A DNA stretch of 64,000 bases from Candidatus Bathyarchaeota archaeon (GCA_963768425.1 CAVYHV010000030.1:64001-128000), one strand, 5' to 3'; positions 11,162 to 21,667 are shown, counted from the stretch's first letter. Notes: generated from the sequence alone by a model not told the origin. A program made the numbers and translations.

Positions 11162-11196
11162 GTGCAGGGGCGGGATTCGAACCCGCGAACCTCTGC
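11162..11196 (-). repeat. tRNA-Leu-like 3'-end scar (att remnant)
   Basis: gtgcaggggcgggattcgaacccgcgaacctctgc: acceptor and T-arm complement, no 5' half. Confidence 0.8.
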
Positions 11197-11228
11197 AAAA
11201 TAACTCTACGATTTTAATAATAGGGGCG

Positions 11229-11792
11229 TTAGGGGTTTTTGTTTATTTCGTGGCGTATCCACCAGATGAGGCCTATAGCTGAGGGAACCGCGGCGATGGC
11301 GGCTATCCATATCAGGATTGTAATCATTGACCCGACCACGTAGTTCAGCGTGAAAGTTGATATGGCAGTGTTCCAGTTTCCGTCAACATACACCTTAATG
11401 GCGAATGCGACGAAGAGTAGTGGCGAGATTAAACCGCCCGCGTTTCTGGACCGCGACCCCTTGCCAAAGTTGTATGCGCTTTTTTCCTGTTCTGGCAGTC
11501 TCCGCCACCATTGCCAGGCTATCGCTGCGCCGACGAGAGCTGGAATGCCGACCAGCAGCAGTTCCCAAAAGACAGCGTTCAGGATGAACATCACCACATT
11601 ACCCATAGACCATAAGCCCAAGTTTGAAGGAACCAGATTGGAAGTCTGCGCTTGCCCGGTGAACCATGCAAAGACATAAACTCCTCCGATGCTTGCTGTG
11701 ATACCTACTGCTATGAATATGGCGAGGGCTCTCCAGTGTTTTGAGAGGAACATTTTCCCGCCTGTCTGCGCTGTGGATTGTTGAGTCATCAA
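11229..11792 (-). CDS. Hypothetical 4-TM membrane protein
   Basis: Four hydrophobic helices; directly follows the DUF996 gene. Confidence 0.65.
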   Translation of the reverse strand: MMTQQSTAQTGGKMFLSKHWRALAIFIAVGITASIGGVYVFAWFTGQAQTSNLVPSNLGLWSMGNVVMFILNAVFWELLLVGIPALVGAAIAWQWWRRLPEQEKSAYNFGKGSRSRNAGGLISPLLFVAFAIKVYVDGNWNTAISTFTLNYVVGSMITILIWIAAIAAVPSAIGLIWWIRHEINKNP

Positions 11793-11814
11793 ATCCCTCT
11801 CCTACGCCGGTTGT

Positions 11815-12445
11815 TTAGACTGGTGGTTGAGATGGGGAAGCGAGAGTGTTTGCGTATCCTGTCTGCTGCTGGGTGAATTGTTGGTATTGGCGAGATTTCA
11901 TGCTGAAGAAACCCATGGTGACAAATATCCAGGCGACGAATATCAGTACCAACCCGACGAGCACGATGGTAAGTATTGATCCAATCCAAAGTAGAGTGCC
12001 TGCCGTCGCAAACGATGATTCACCGGATTTTTGGGCGAGCGAGTCAAGTGCTCTTTTCAGATGCGATGCCGCGAGGACGTAGAATACGAAGGCGACAACT
12101 AGGCCAGCCAGTAAAGCCGCGACGCCGACGCCGAACCCGACTGTGGGAACGAAGTTTTTGAATGTGAAGTCTGTTGCCGATGCGACGCCAATCATGACTG
12201 CCACTATGGCTGCTGCCGCTGCAACAACCGCTACCACGTAGAATTTCACGCCTGTGAGCGTGTTCTGGTAGACGTTTTGGTCTTGATAGTATTTTGAGAG
12301 TTCCTTCATTCCGATGACAAGAAGGACCACTCCTACTATTGCTAATACCCAGCCGGGCGTAGGGAACAAAGCCCAATAAAAGAAGGATTGCTCCGACGCC
12401 AGCCAACGTTTTACTGTGTTCGAAACTTTCATTCATCATATTCAT
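11815..12445 (-). CDS. DUF996-family membrane protein (indel near 5' end)
   Basis: FEHSKTLAGVGAILL + GWVLAIVG..LS.YYQD + SGESSFATAGTLLWIGSILTIVLVG. Confidence 0.75.
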
Positions 12446-12813
12446 TTTTTATGCCTCCATTTTTTCTGTGAAGGCATAGGTATGGTCATGCGCGGTATAG
12501 CCCTAACTTTTGGAATTATAGCTCTAACAATTAGACCTGTAAACTCTAACAGTTAGAGTCGCAAAAGCCAACATTGTGAAGCCTGAAGGCCGCGTCTTTC
12601 GACCAAACTTGCAAAATCAAAATGCGGTTGTGCATGGGGTTAGATCTAAACCCAAGTCTAAATTTAACGAGCAAAACCCTAATCGCTCTAACTATGAAAG
12701 TGTTCGTCCGATATTTTTCAAGGTAAATCCGGCGAGATTTAAACCAAAGACGAATTCAGGGTCGTCCAATCCATGGCAACGCTTTTAGAAACAGGCAGAA
12801 AATAAGCAAAAAG

Positions 12814-12898
12814 TGCAGGGGGTGGGATTTGAACCCACGAACGCCTGCGCGATAGGGTCCTAAGCCCTACTCCTTTGACCAGACTTGGAGACCCCTGC
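12814..12898 (-). tRNA. tRNA-Leu(TAG)
   Basis: Reverse complement GCAGGGG...TAGGG-CT-TAG-GA-CCCTA, long variable arm, GTGGGTTCAAATCCCAC, CCCCTGC-A. Confidence 0.95.
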
Positions 12899-13151
12899 AC
12901 CTGTTTTTGTTGATTCGAGTATTCTTTGTCTTGCTAATTTATTAACATGAAGTGTTGTCAGCGGGCAAAAGCGAAACGATGTTGCATTTTTCTTTAATGG
13001 CAAGCGAAAACCGCATTTTTTGTTTCATTGGCTTTTTTCATTTTCAGTCTACTCTCCACTGCTATGAAGTGTCGTTTCCGATGATACCTTAAAAGGCTGA
13101 ACGGTTTACTTTGGTTTCCTCGTTGGGTTTCGAAACGTTGGGTTTGGCAAG

Positions 13152-13466
13152 GTGTGTGTTATGTCGGAGGATCAAGGGAATTTAGATGAGCTCATAGTGA
13201 TGGAGCGTGAAGTGATGGCTGAATTGAAAAAGATGTTCGGTGATCCGGCGCTTTCAACTTTGGAGAGGGTTCGGGTTGCTAATGCTCTTGCTTATCACGC
13301 TGTGGTTTTGAATAGGCTTCAATCGAAAAAAGGTGAGGACTCCTTGTTTGATGAGGATAATTTGGGCGATTTTGTTGCTGGAGCCCACTATGCAGATGGG
13401 CCGATGCGTAGACGGATTAGAAGGGACTTTAGAGATTGGACGAGACGAATTTCGTTGAAAAAGTAA
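13152..13466 (+). CDS. Hypothetical protein, candidate terminase small subunit
   Basis: Short helical ORF directly upstream of and overlapping terL. Positional inference only. Confidence 0.4.
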   Translation: MCVMSEDQGNLDELIVMEREVMAELKKMFGDPALSTLERVRVANALAYHAVVLNRLQSKKGEDSLFDEDNLGDFVAGAHYADGPMRRRIRRDFRDWTRRISLKK

Positions 13467-14899
13467 CAAACGACATGGAGTTTACAGCTTCGGTATGTGA
13501 GGGTTTACTGCAGAAACCTAAAGCGCTAAAACAGCTGGTGGCCTACAAAGAAGTTACTGACAAACTGATCAAAGACCCAGTGTTTTTCGCAGTGTTAATG
13601 TGCGGCGACAAATGGCTTACTCAAGCGCCTGAGCACCAGAAACTTCTTCGAGACGTCAACTCAAAACAGGTTGCGGTCTGCGGCAGAGGATGGGGCAAGA
13701 GCCGCGTCTTTAGCCGAAAAAATCTCTGGTTACTCTACACTAAACCCAAAATAGAAAGTTTGATAGTAAGCAGCACTCAGCGCCAATCGATGATTATGTT
13801 TGACTACTGCTACTCAACCATCATGTCCAATCCACTGCTAAGAGAGATGGTTCAAAGACCCGGAACAACCCACACAATAATAAAACTGAAACCGCCCTTA
13901 GGCGGCCGAATAGTTGCTTTGCCCTGCTCAAAAGACAAACTCAGAGGATACCACCCAGACTACATCTTCATTGACGAAGCATCGATTGTTCCAAGCGAAA
14001 TGATAACAAGCGAAATAATGATGATGCTAACAAAGCCAAAAGCAAGCTTAATCATGGGTGGAACGCCCATGGGGTCAGACCATGTTTTTCGCAAAGCCTT
14101 TCTAGATTCAAAACGTTACAGCGTACATCATTACGCAAGCTACCAAAGCCCCCTTGTCAGCGAAACGCAACTAGACGAGTGGAAAGAAGTAATGACCCGT
14201 GAAGAATGGCAACGTGAGGTTGAAGCAATGTGGGTAGAATCCACGCACACGTTCTTTTCTATGGATCTGATTGTGGGCTGCGTCGATCCTGACTTAGGTG
14301 CATCCAACGCTTACATTGAGGACATGGAAAAAGCTAAGCCGGAGCAGCTTAGAGGACAATTTTACGCTGGCTTAGACTTGGGCAAACAAATCGACTACAG
14401 TGTACTGGCAATTGTACAGAGGTTTGACAGCGGCGAAGTAAAGCTTGTGCATAAACGTCAACTGCCGCTTGGCACCAATTACCCCCAAGTCATCGGCTAC
14501 GTAGCTAGGGCAAGCCAAATCTTCCATTTTGAAAGGATAAACGTGGACAAAGGCGGAATAGGCGACGCCATAGTAGACGAATTACGCAAAGCCAACATAT
14601 ACGGTGTCGAAGGCATTTTCTTCACCGACACAGAAAAAGAAAACATGCTAAACACCCTTAAACTTTTCATGGAAAAAAGAATGCTAAAGATCACTGCAGA
14701 TGACAAAGCGCTAATCGCGCAAATCAACGAGCAGCAATATGAGTATCTGCAGCCTAAAACAGCCCAGGAATGCATACACCTCAAATTTTGGCATCCGCAG
14801 GGAAAACACGACGATCAACTGATGGCTCTAGCATTAGCTTGCCGTGCAGCTTCAAGAGCAGCGCCACCCGGTCGAGGCGCCGTTATGGGCGGAGATTGA
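13436..14899 (+). CDS. Terminase large subunit-like ATPase/nuclease
   Basis: Walker A VCGRGWGKS, LRGYH..IFIDEA Walker B, GTP motif, RNase H-like GLDLGKQIDYS, VDKGGIGD, HDDQLMALALA. Confidence 0.88.
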   Translation: MDETNFVEKVTNDMEFTASVCEGLLQKPKALKQLVAYKEVTDKLIKDPVFFAVLMCGDKWLTQAPEHQKLLRDVNSKQVAVCGRGWGKSRVFSRKNLWLLYTKPKIESLIVSSTQRQSMIMFDYCYSTIMSNPLLREMVQRPGTTHTIIKLKPPLGGRIVALPCSKDKLRGYHPDYIFIDEASIVPSEMITSEIMMMLTKPKASLIMGGTPMGSDHVFRKAFLDSKRYSVHHYASYQSPLVSETQLDEWKEVMTREEWQREVEAMWVESTHTFFSMDLIVGCVDPDLGASNAYIEDMEKAKPEQLRGQFYAGLDLGKQIDYSVLAIVQRFDSGEVKLVHKRQLPLGTNYPQVIGYVARASQIFHFERINVDKGGIGDAIVDELRKANIYGVEGIFFTDTEKENMLNTLKLFMEKRMLKITADDKALIAQINEQQYEYLQPKTAQECIHLKFWHPQGKHDDQLMALALACRAASRAAPPGRGAVMGGD

Positions 14900-14950
14900 A
14901 CCGCAAAAACCAAAACAAAAACTATGGGAAATATTTGAAGGAGAAAAAAA

Positions 14951-15191
14951 CATGGGGAAGGTACTTTCATTCGGAATATTAGAGTTTGATGGCGAAAAAA
15001 TATCGTATTCTTACTGCAGAGGTGAAAAAATACCAAACAGCGACGAATACAACAATTACATAGAAACATATTATGGCGGTCGAATTTGCGTTGATGACCA
15101 TGGATTCGGTTTAGACCATGCAATCAATTTGCTGAAAAATGAAATTTCAACTCGTAAGTCAAATCAGAAAGGTCTCCGACCGGAGAGGTAG
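14951..15191 (+). CDS. Hypothetical protein
   Basis: Short ORF MGKVLSFG..., no recognised motif. Confidence 0.35.
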
Positions 15192-15239
15192 GTTCTCTCT
15201 TGTGTGTACAAGCCGACCGGTCGGTCAATGTATATACAC

Positions 15240-15265
15240 TTTGTTGATACAGTTTGTTGATACAG
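15240..15265 (+). promoter_or_regulatory. Tandem 13-bp repeat, possible operator
   Basis: tttgttgatacag twice, between TATA-like gtatatacac and the following ORF. Confidence 0.45.
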
Positions 15266-15276
15266 GTGACTTGGGT

Positions 15277-15616
15277 TTGGCTAAGATGCTTAAAGCGTTT
15301 AGATTTAGTCCTCAACTTTACGGAAGTTTTAGAGAATTAGCGTCAAGAAATGGCTATACAGTAACTTCAGCTTTTGAAAAATTCATGTCCAAATCGCTCG
15401 AATACGGTCTGGTCTTTCCATCAGCCCCTAAAATCGAAAATGTGGAACCAGAGGCTCGAGTTATGCTTGCTTGGCTTAAAGACGGCAAGTACTGGGTTAG
15501 TCTTGGAGGCAAAACTGAGACCAGCACACGGGGGCGTCTTTTGCAACTATTACCTAACGTTGAAGATGCGGACTTAAGGCTCGATATTGAAGAGACACTG
15601 AAAAAAGAAGCCGTAG
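15277..15616 (+). CDS. Hypothetical protein with ribbon-helix-helix-like N-terminus
   Basis: KAFRFSPQLYGSFRELASRNGYTVTSAFEKFM. The track ORF runs into tRNA-Thr, probably through an A-run indel near 15605. Confidence 0.5.
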
Positions 15617-15703
15617 TACGGGAAAACATTTTGGTTTTTGCCAGCTTTTCGACCGTAAGCATTTTATTGGCTAGGAGCGTTGTTTCACCGAATACAGATA
15701 CGC

Positions 15704-15780
15704 GCCTTCGTAGCCTAGCCCGGTGGGGCGTTACCTTGGTAAGGTAATGGTCGCGGGTCCAAATCCCGCCGAAGGCTCCA
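15704..15780 (+). tRNA. tRNA-Thr(GGT), CCA encoded
   Basis: GCCTTCG acceptor, TTACC-TT-GGT-AA-GGTAA anticodon arm, GCGGGTCCAAATCCCGC T-arm, CGAAGGC-T-CCA. Confidence 0.95.
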
Positions 15781-15825
15781 ATTCTCAAAAAATGCATATA
15801 TATGCATATGCACATAGAAAGTGCC

Positions 15826-16056
15826 ATGACTAAAGTCATATCTCTCTCCAACGAAGCATATCAGACTCTTAAGGAATCCAAAAAACCCGGTGAGTCTTTT
15901 TCAGACGTAGTTCTTAGAATCGCAAAGAAGAAGAAAAAGAAGTCACTTTTGGAGTTTTCAGGCAAATGGGTGGGCGACGATGCCGATGAAGTGCTTTCAC
16001 AGATAATGAAGGACAGAGAGAGGTCAGCTTACGAAAAGGTCGACTTATTTCCGTGA
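15826..16056 (+). CDS. vapB: VapB-type antitoxin (DUF217-like)
   Basis: TKVISLSNEAYQTLK..KKPGESFSDVVLR; overlaps the PIN gene. Confidence 0.85.
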   Translation: MTKVISLSNEAYQTLKESKKPGESFSDVVLRIAKKKKKKSLLEFSGKWVGDDADEVLSQIMKDRERSAYEKVDLFP

Positions 16057-16440
16057 TTCTTGACACTGACGCGCTAATTGCACTCTTGAACGGTGAATCT
16101 GCAGCAGACGAAGCAGTTCGTCATCTGGAAGAAAAAGATGATAAAGTTGCGACCACAATTATTTCGGCATATGAACTTCTAAGGGGAGCCCATATTTCAT
16201 CTGAACCGGAGAAACCTAGCCGAAGCTCGCGAGTTGTTATCAAACATAGAGATTTTGGACTTGACACTGCAAGCCTGCGAAGAAGCTTCGAAAATTTACT
16301 GCGATCTTCGGAAGAAAGGTTGCTTGATCGGCGAAAACGACATGCTTGTGGCAGGAATTGCAAAAGCGCATGCCGACGCAGTTATGACGCGAGATACACA
16401 TTTTAAGCTTATTTCAGCGATAACTGCAGTTGAATGGTAG
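16053..16440 (+). CDS. vapC: VapC PIN-domain toxin (split by an indel near 16215)
   Basis: MILDTDALI, ISAYELLRG, IGENDMLVAGIA, VMTRDTHF. Confidence 0.85.
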
Positions 16441-16538
16441 CATAGCTGCTTGAGGAGCATTTACTAATCACAACATATTTGCAGCCGAACGGTTACCCAA
16501 AGGTTTTCACTTCGGGACCTTGCACGAACGATGAGCAT

Positions 16539-17487
16539 TCAAGCTTGGCAGGAAATGTCAACTTCGCCCAAAGTTGCAGAGGCCAACTCGTTGGGAAAGT
16601 CAAAGATGCTGATCAGCTGATTGAGCTCGGTTACCATTTCATGCGGTTTAATGATAGAGTTAATAGCGGTTCTTCGCATGATCTGCACTGATGTTAGTCC
16701 AGCGTTTCTTGCGCCCGCGATGTCGGTTTCAAGCGTGTCTCCCACGAATAGCGCTTTTGCAGGTTGGACGCCTAAGTGTTGAAGCGCCATGCTAAAAATC
16801 TGGGGATGAGGCTTGCGGAGGTTTATGTCTCCGCTGACAATTATGAGGTCCAAGTGTCTGTTGAGTTCAAAGCGTTCCACGAGTTCCCAAGCGAACTCGG
16901 AAAAAGTCAAGTTGGAAATTACTGCTGTTTTGCATCTTTTGTGGAGAAACTCTAAGACTTCGAGCGCTTGGGGATCTAGTGAAATGTGTTGTGCGAATTC
17001 CTTGGAGAACTCTTTGGCAGCTTGCATCGCCAGATGGGTTTGTGCTTTGAGCTTTGCCCCCAAGCTGGCTAGAAACTCGCTCGACATAAATTGAAAAATG
17101 CGGCTCTTCGAGCGTGCAGGCTGTTTCGGCGCTGATTTCTTTTTCAACTATCATGTAAGCCGATTTGAAATCGCCAAAAGAGCAATCAAGACCATTGCGT
17201 GAGAGGTAGGTATGCATCATAAGGAGGCTTTGGGCGAGTGAGATATTGTAGTCGTCTATTAGAACTAGAGTGTCGAATAGGTCAAACAAGACAGCTTCAA
17301 AACATGGTTTAAAACCGTATTGCGGCTCGCCCCTTTGGGCATTTGAGGGGTTTTTGTTGCATTGCTGATTCTTGCTTGACAGTAGACATGAAGTATGTAA
17401 GTCCTGGCGAAAATATAGGAGTTTATTCCGTATTATATAGAGATGACCCGAAACTATGATAATTTCATTGATGCAATCAAGGAACAA
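16539..17487 (-). CDS. HAD-superfamily hydrolase (split; true start probably near 17310)
   Basis: AVLFDLFDTLV, ISN, RKPHPQIF, FVGDTLETDIAGARNAG. Confidence 0.85.
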
Positions 17488-17534
17488 AGAGAAATTGTTT
17501 TCTTAACTAAAGTCTGCATACTTCTTCGAACTTA

Positions 17535-17756
17535 TCATGACCTGAGTGTGCTTATCTGGCGGATTTTATAGTTTGCTGCAAATTCTTCCCAAGATCTGTT
17601 TGTGTCATAATATGCTTCTCTTGAGGGTTCAAATGAAGAATTAAGATGACAATTATCGCAAAAAACAATTACTATATTTTCGTACGTTTTTCTATGTATT
17701 GAAAAACTTTGTTTACCGCATTCTGGACAAACAAAAAGCCTACTTGTAATTTCCAA
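17535..17756 (-). CDS. Small Zn-ribbon protein, Elf1-like
   Basis: FVCPECG...VFCDNCHL. Confidence 0.5.
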   Translation of the reverse strand: MEITSRLFVCPECGKQSFSIHRKTYENIVIVFCDNCHLNSSFEPSREAYYDTNRSWEEFAANYKIRQISTLRS

Positions 17757-18254
17757 AGAGCCACTTCTCCCGATTGCCCACTTTATCCTGAATCGTATTT
17801 AACTTTTTCCTAAACAAATCGTAAAAGCATCGGCACTTCTGTGTTTCCCATCAAAGCATTCAAACAGAACAGCTACTGTAACAGTATCACAACACCAGTA
17901 ACATTAATATTTTACTCTACACTCAAAAATACTCGGTCACCGAGATGAGAAAATACATTCTGACTGACTGCGAAAGACACATAATCAAAAGATATCTGAA
18001 AAAAGGTGAAAAACTCGACGGCTACCGTACGCTCCTGGCTCGATGCCGAACCACAAAAACCATTCAAGAAGACCTTCATCTCATCAATCAACTTCTTGAA
18101 AAAGCAGAAAATCTTTAACCCGAATTCCATTTAGACAGAAATGTTATTCCGTACGAAGGATAGGATCGCTTGCACGGCTGTCCAAAAAAAACTAACGTCC
18201 CAAAGCAGATAACGTGTTTTGGCTGATCTTCTGTGGCGATGTTCTGTGCATTGC

Positions 18255-18539
18255 CTAAAATCTTGGAAATTTTAGTTTTCCGACGTATTGTAAGATCCAC
18301 TTAACCAGTTTGTCATAGGTTTCCAGCCCTAAATCGGTGAGTTTAATGTTGCCCTCCTCGTCTATTTTCAGCAAGCCTTCTTGGTTCATCCAATCAACAT
18401 ATTTTGTCAGTCTATCGTAGGCTACTCCTGTGCTTGTTGCAAGCTCGGTTCGTTTCATTCCTCCCTTGTTTTTCAGTACGTTGATTATTCGGGCAACGAC
18501 GTACAAGTCAGGTTTTGAATTCGGCTGATTTGAACTCAC
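18255..18539 (-). CDS. Winged-helix DNA-binding protein
   Basis: MKRTELATSTGVAYDRLTKYVDWM..GLL...LTDLG. Confidence 0.8.
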   Translation of the reverse strand: MSSNQPNSKPDLYVVARIINVLKNKGGMKRTELATSTGVAYDRLTKYVDWMNQEGLLKIDEEGNIKLTDLGLETYDKLVKWILQYVGKLKFPRF

Positions 18540-19212
18540 TGTTGAACCACCGAAGCTCCCAGAGCAAAGTATCTAGAGAAGTTATTTGCCGATACTTTTT
18601 CTGAAGGTCCTTCTTGCTGAAGATAAACACAAAAGGCAACGAAATAAACGCAAACAAGTAGAAATTAAAGTCTGTATGAATTAGGTTCAAAGCAATCGAA
18701 TACGGAAAACCCAGAATTACCATCACAATTACCCAATAACCGATTATTCTTATGGCGGCGTACAATCCATATGCTAAAGCGGAAGTACGGATGTCGACAA
18801 AGACGGTATCCCAATTCAGCTCTTGCAGAAGCTTTACTGCCCCAGCAAAGCCTTCATCGAGAGTGCTTTTCCATTGCTCAAGCTTAATCCTTTTGAGTTT
18901 GCGGTCAACCCAGAAAATGCCTGCAATTATTCCTGCGGTGATGAAAATCAAAGCCACAAAAGAGGTACTGGAGAATCCCCCTACCGACGGAGTTACGATA
19001 GAAAGGATGTTAGGATAAGAGAAGTAGCTTTGGAAATGGCCTGTCAAGTAATAGAAGTTGAAAAACAGCTCTAAAGAGAACAAAGCAACGAAGGAAAGCA
19101 AGACTATACCTAAGAAGTCAACCATTAGTCGAGCTAGCGCCTTGTATTTTTTCACTTGATCAAGCGCTCTCATTAACTCTTCTACTTTAACGACTACGGC
19201 AGTTTCGCTCAT
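18508..19212 (-). CDS. Hypothetical 4-TM membrane protein
   Basis: Hydrophobic helices; overlaps both neighbouring genes (operon-like). Confidence 0.65.
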   Translation of the reverse strand: MSETAVVVKVEELMRALDQVKKYKALARLMVDFLGIVLLSFVALFSLELFFNFYYLTGHFQSYFSYPNILSIVTPSVGGFSSTSFVALIFITAGIIAGIFWVDRKLKRIKLEQWKSTLDEGFAGAVKLLQELNWDTVFVDIRTSALAYGLYAAIRIIGYWVIVMVILGFPYSIALNLIHTDFNFYLFAFISLPFVFIFSKKDLQKKYRQITSLDTLLWELRWFNSEFKSAEFKT

Positions 19213-19736
19213 AACGCTACCCCGTAACCGCTGATAGAGATTAATGCCCTGCCATAGACGATGTAGGTAGAAACTTGCATATCTTGGACAGAATGAGTTA
19301 AGAAATAACTTTGAGGGTCGTCAACATCGAATTTTAAGAAAATATCAAATGGCTTGTCTTGAGTCACTGAAATGGAATTGTTCCCTCCAGACATGCTCCC
19401 GCCTTCGTTACCAAAGTCGTCGCCTGTTCGAGGAAGACTGAAGGTCTTGGTGTAAACGCTTGGAGTAGCTCCATTGGTCGAAGTTAGATTTAGTGAAGAG
19501 CCGTTTGGGAAAATAATTTCGACATTACTTGTTCCATTGCTGACCATGGGAAAAACTGACAGGGTTATCCTTGCATTAACATAACTCAATTTTGCAACCG
19601 TAATAATGGCATTTGATTCTGAAAATCCTTGCTGTCCATTTACTTCGTGGAATGAGGACAAAACGATCAATTGACCTGCAATCACCAAGATTAAGGCAAG
19701 CACTAACCAGGTTCTGTTCATAGGTAGTAACAACAA
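19209..19736 (-). CDS. Hypothetical exported protein
   Basis: N-terminal hydrophobic segment, N-x-S/T sequons. Confidence 0.55.
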   Translation of the reverse strand: MLLLPMNRTWLVLALILVIAGQLIVLSSFHEVNGQQGFSESNAIITVAKLSYVNARITLSVFPMVSNGTSNVEIIFPNGSSLNLTSTNGATPSVYTKTFSLPRTGDDFGNEGGSMSGGNNSISVTQDKPFDIFLKFDVDDPQSYFLTHSVQDMQVSTYIVYGRALISISGYGVAL

Positions 19737-19800
19737 GGGTCAATGAATATAAGGCAAGCTCACTCGGTGTGAGGGGCATTAGGCCTTTCACGAATTGGGC

Positions 19801-19907
19801 GCCATAGAATAAGTCAACTGAAAATTAATTATGTTCATTTTATATTTTCTGATTATAAAGTAAATTCAGGCAAGCCTTTCCTTCTATACCCCGGATTTCG
19901 GAAGGCC
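19801..19907 (+). repeat. About 105-bp imperfect direct repeat, copy 1
   Basis: gccatag.ataagtcaa...ttttatat.ttctgat.ataa.gtaaattcaggc.agcctttc...ttcggaaggcc, shared with 21504-21608. Confidence 0.8.
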
Positions 19908-19918
19908 AAGGCAACGGT

Positions 19919-20218
19919 TTAGCGAAGGTGAAGGTTCTTAAATGCTTGTTTGTGGGATTTGAGCACGACGGAGATTATGGTGCTTTGGACGCCTTTGATC
20001 TTCAGGATTTTCTTATGCAAGACGTTGCGGAACTCTTCTATGCTTGAAGCCGAAACTATGGAGACAATGTCACATTCGCCTTTTACATCATAAATTTCCT
20101 CGATGTTTTCGACTTTTTCGAGGGCATCAATAACTTGGGCCTTCTGAGTCGGATCGACAAAAATGTTGACTGAGGCCTCAAATCGATCGTGAATATTACA
20201 GGATTCCATATTGGTCAT
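19919..20218 (-). CDS. Stand-alone Lrp/AsnC ligand-binding (RAM) domain protein
   Basis: IEEIYDVKGECDIV...ILKIKGVQST. Confidence 0.8.
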   Translation of the reverse strand: MTNMESCNIHDRFEASVNIFVDPTQKAQVIDALEKVENIEEIYDVKGECDIVSIVSASSIEEFRNVLHKKILKIKGVQSTIISVVLKSHKQAFKNLHLR

Positions 20219-20447
20219 TAAAAACAGTCAAACGATCAAGGTATCTTTTAGGCATTTTTGAGAACTGAAGTGGGCTATTTTGCAAAGCGGAGCGGGCTAA
20301 AAAGCCGATCACGAAATGGGCTGAATGTAGAAAACCAAATTGAATTTTACCATTTGTTTTTTTAGTTGTGATGATTTAACTTAATCGTGAAAAGGTCTTC
20401 TTCCCTCTATGGGGTAAATTTCTGGAAGCCTTGGTTGGCTCTTCAAG

Positions 20448-20678
20448 CTAATTTACGGTTGGCAGATTTATTTCGCTGGCTACTCTTAAAAGCTGTTCTG
20501 TCAAGAACTGCCTTAACCAATTAAGCGCTAAATTACTTTCTAAGCAACCACTTGCCACCCTGTGTTCGGCTAAATGATTTTCTATGGCACGGTTCATGGC
20601 TTTCACATCGGGCAACACCAAGATTTCAAAACCGCATGCACATCTGATAGTTCGCATGCTTTTTTTATGAGAATCCAA
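20448..20678 (-). CDS. Small putative Zn-binding protein
   Basis: IRCACGFEIL...AIENHLAEH. Confidence 0.55.
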   Translation of the reverse strand: MDSHKKSMRTIRCACGFEILVLPDVKAMNRAIENHLAEHRVASGCLESNLALNWLRQFLTEQLLRVASEINLPTVN

Positions 20679-21228
20679 TTTGCTTTTGTAGTCTTGATCA
20701 AAAGTAAAGTTGATTTCTTGGATGCTCTTTTTTGGCCATGAACTCTCATTCCTAACTTTGCCAGATTATTAGAGTAGTATTTAGCCTGCAATGGATATAA
20801 GAAATTGTGATAGGCTTGGCACAACAACATGCTAACAATTCTGTTTATTTATGTAGTTTTAGATTCATTCTTGGTTACGCACTAGAGTTTTATGAACAAA
20901 GTGATTGGTTTATTGAATTAAACAACCGCTGAGTAGCCTGCTTTCGCTAATTGGGCGGCATATAGAGAAACTGCTGAATTGGCAAGCGCGATACAATCGC
21001 AAGCAGAATCCTTGAAACAGCGCACCTGGCCATTTCTTTCATATGCATATAGCTTGAAACTCATTTTTTTTGATTCAAAATACATAATTTGCCAATTGAC
21101 TGGAATCAGCAACGTCAAAATAGCAAAAGTTTATAAAAAAATACTCGGTTATTTGCAGTGGAAAGACCACCTGTGAAATTGGAGAATCGTGAAGCACGAA
21201 GATAAGACGGTCAAAACTAGAAAGGTAC

Positions 21229-21471
21229 GTGGACATCCTCGATGTATTGGCGAATAAAGGGCCATTGAAACTAACCCACATTATGTCCAAATCTAACTTC
21301 AACAGCAACATCCTCAAAGAGTATCTCGACTTTCTAATCAAACAAGGCTTAATAGAAGAACGAACAGTAAAAAAGAGACACACAGTTTTCGCAGTCACTC
21401 AGCGAGGCACAACCATTTTAAGGTGTTTCCGGGAACTCATGCAAGAAATATCTGCCATACAAGAAGCATAA
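21229..21471 (+). CDS. ArnR1-like winged-helix protein (frame extends upstream as RRSKLE)
   Basis: RRSKLE.Y.DIL...LTHIMSKSNFN...LKEYLDFLIKQGLI...VTQRG. Confidence 0.8.
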   Translation: MDILDVLANKGPLKLTHIMSKSNFNSNILKEYLDFLIKQGLIEERTVKKRHTVFAVTQRGTTILRCFRELMQEISAIQEA

Positions 21472-21503
21472 ACTCCGAACGAGGGCCCGTCATAAAACAG
21501 GAG

Positions 21504-21608
21504 GCCATAGGATAAGTCAACCCATATTTTATCGTATTTTATATGTTCTGATGATAAGGTAAATTCAGGCGAGCCTTTCTCTCTAAACTCCCCAGTTTTC
21601 GGAAGGCC
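21504..21608 (+). repeat. About 105-bp imperfect direct repeat, copy 2
   Basis: See 19801-19907. Confidence 0.8.
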
Positions 21609-21667
21609 TTGGTGGGATGCCTGATGTATAGGCTGAAAAGTTGGATGACATAAAATAAGAGGCTTAC

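Noticed and set aside
13436-14899. Complete provirus around the terminase
   Set aside because: No recognisable portal, capsid, tail or integrase genes, and only about 2.8 kb lies between the tRNAs.
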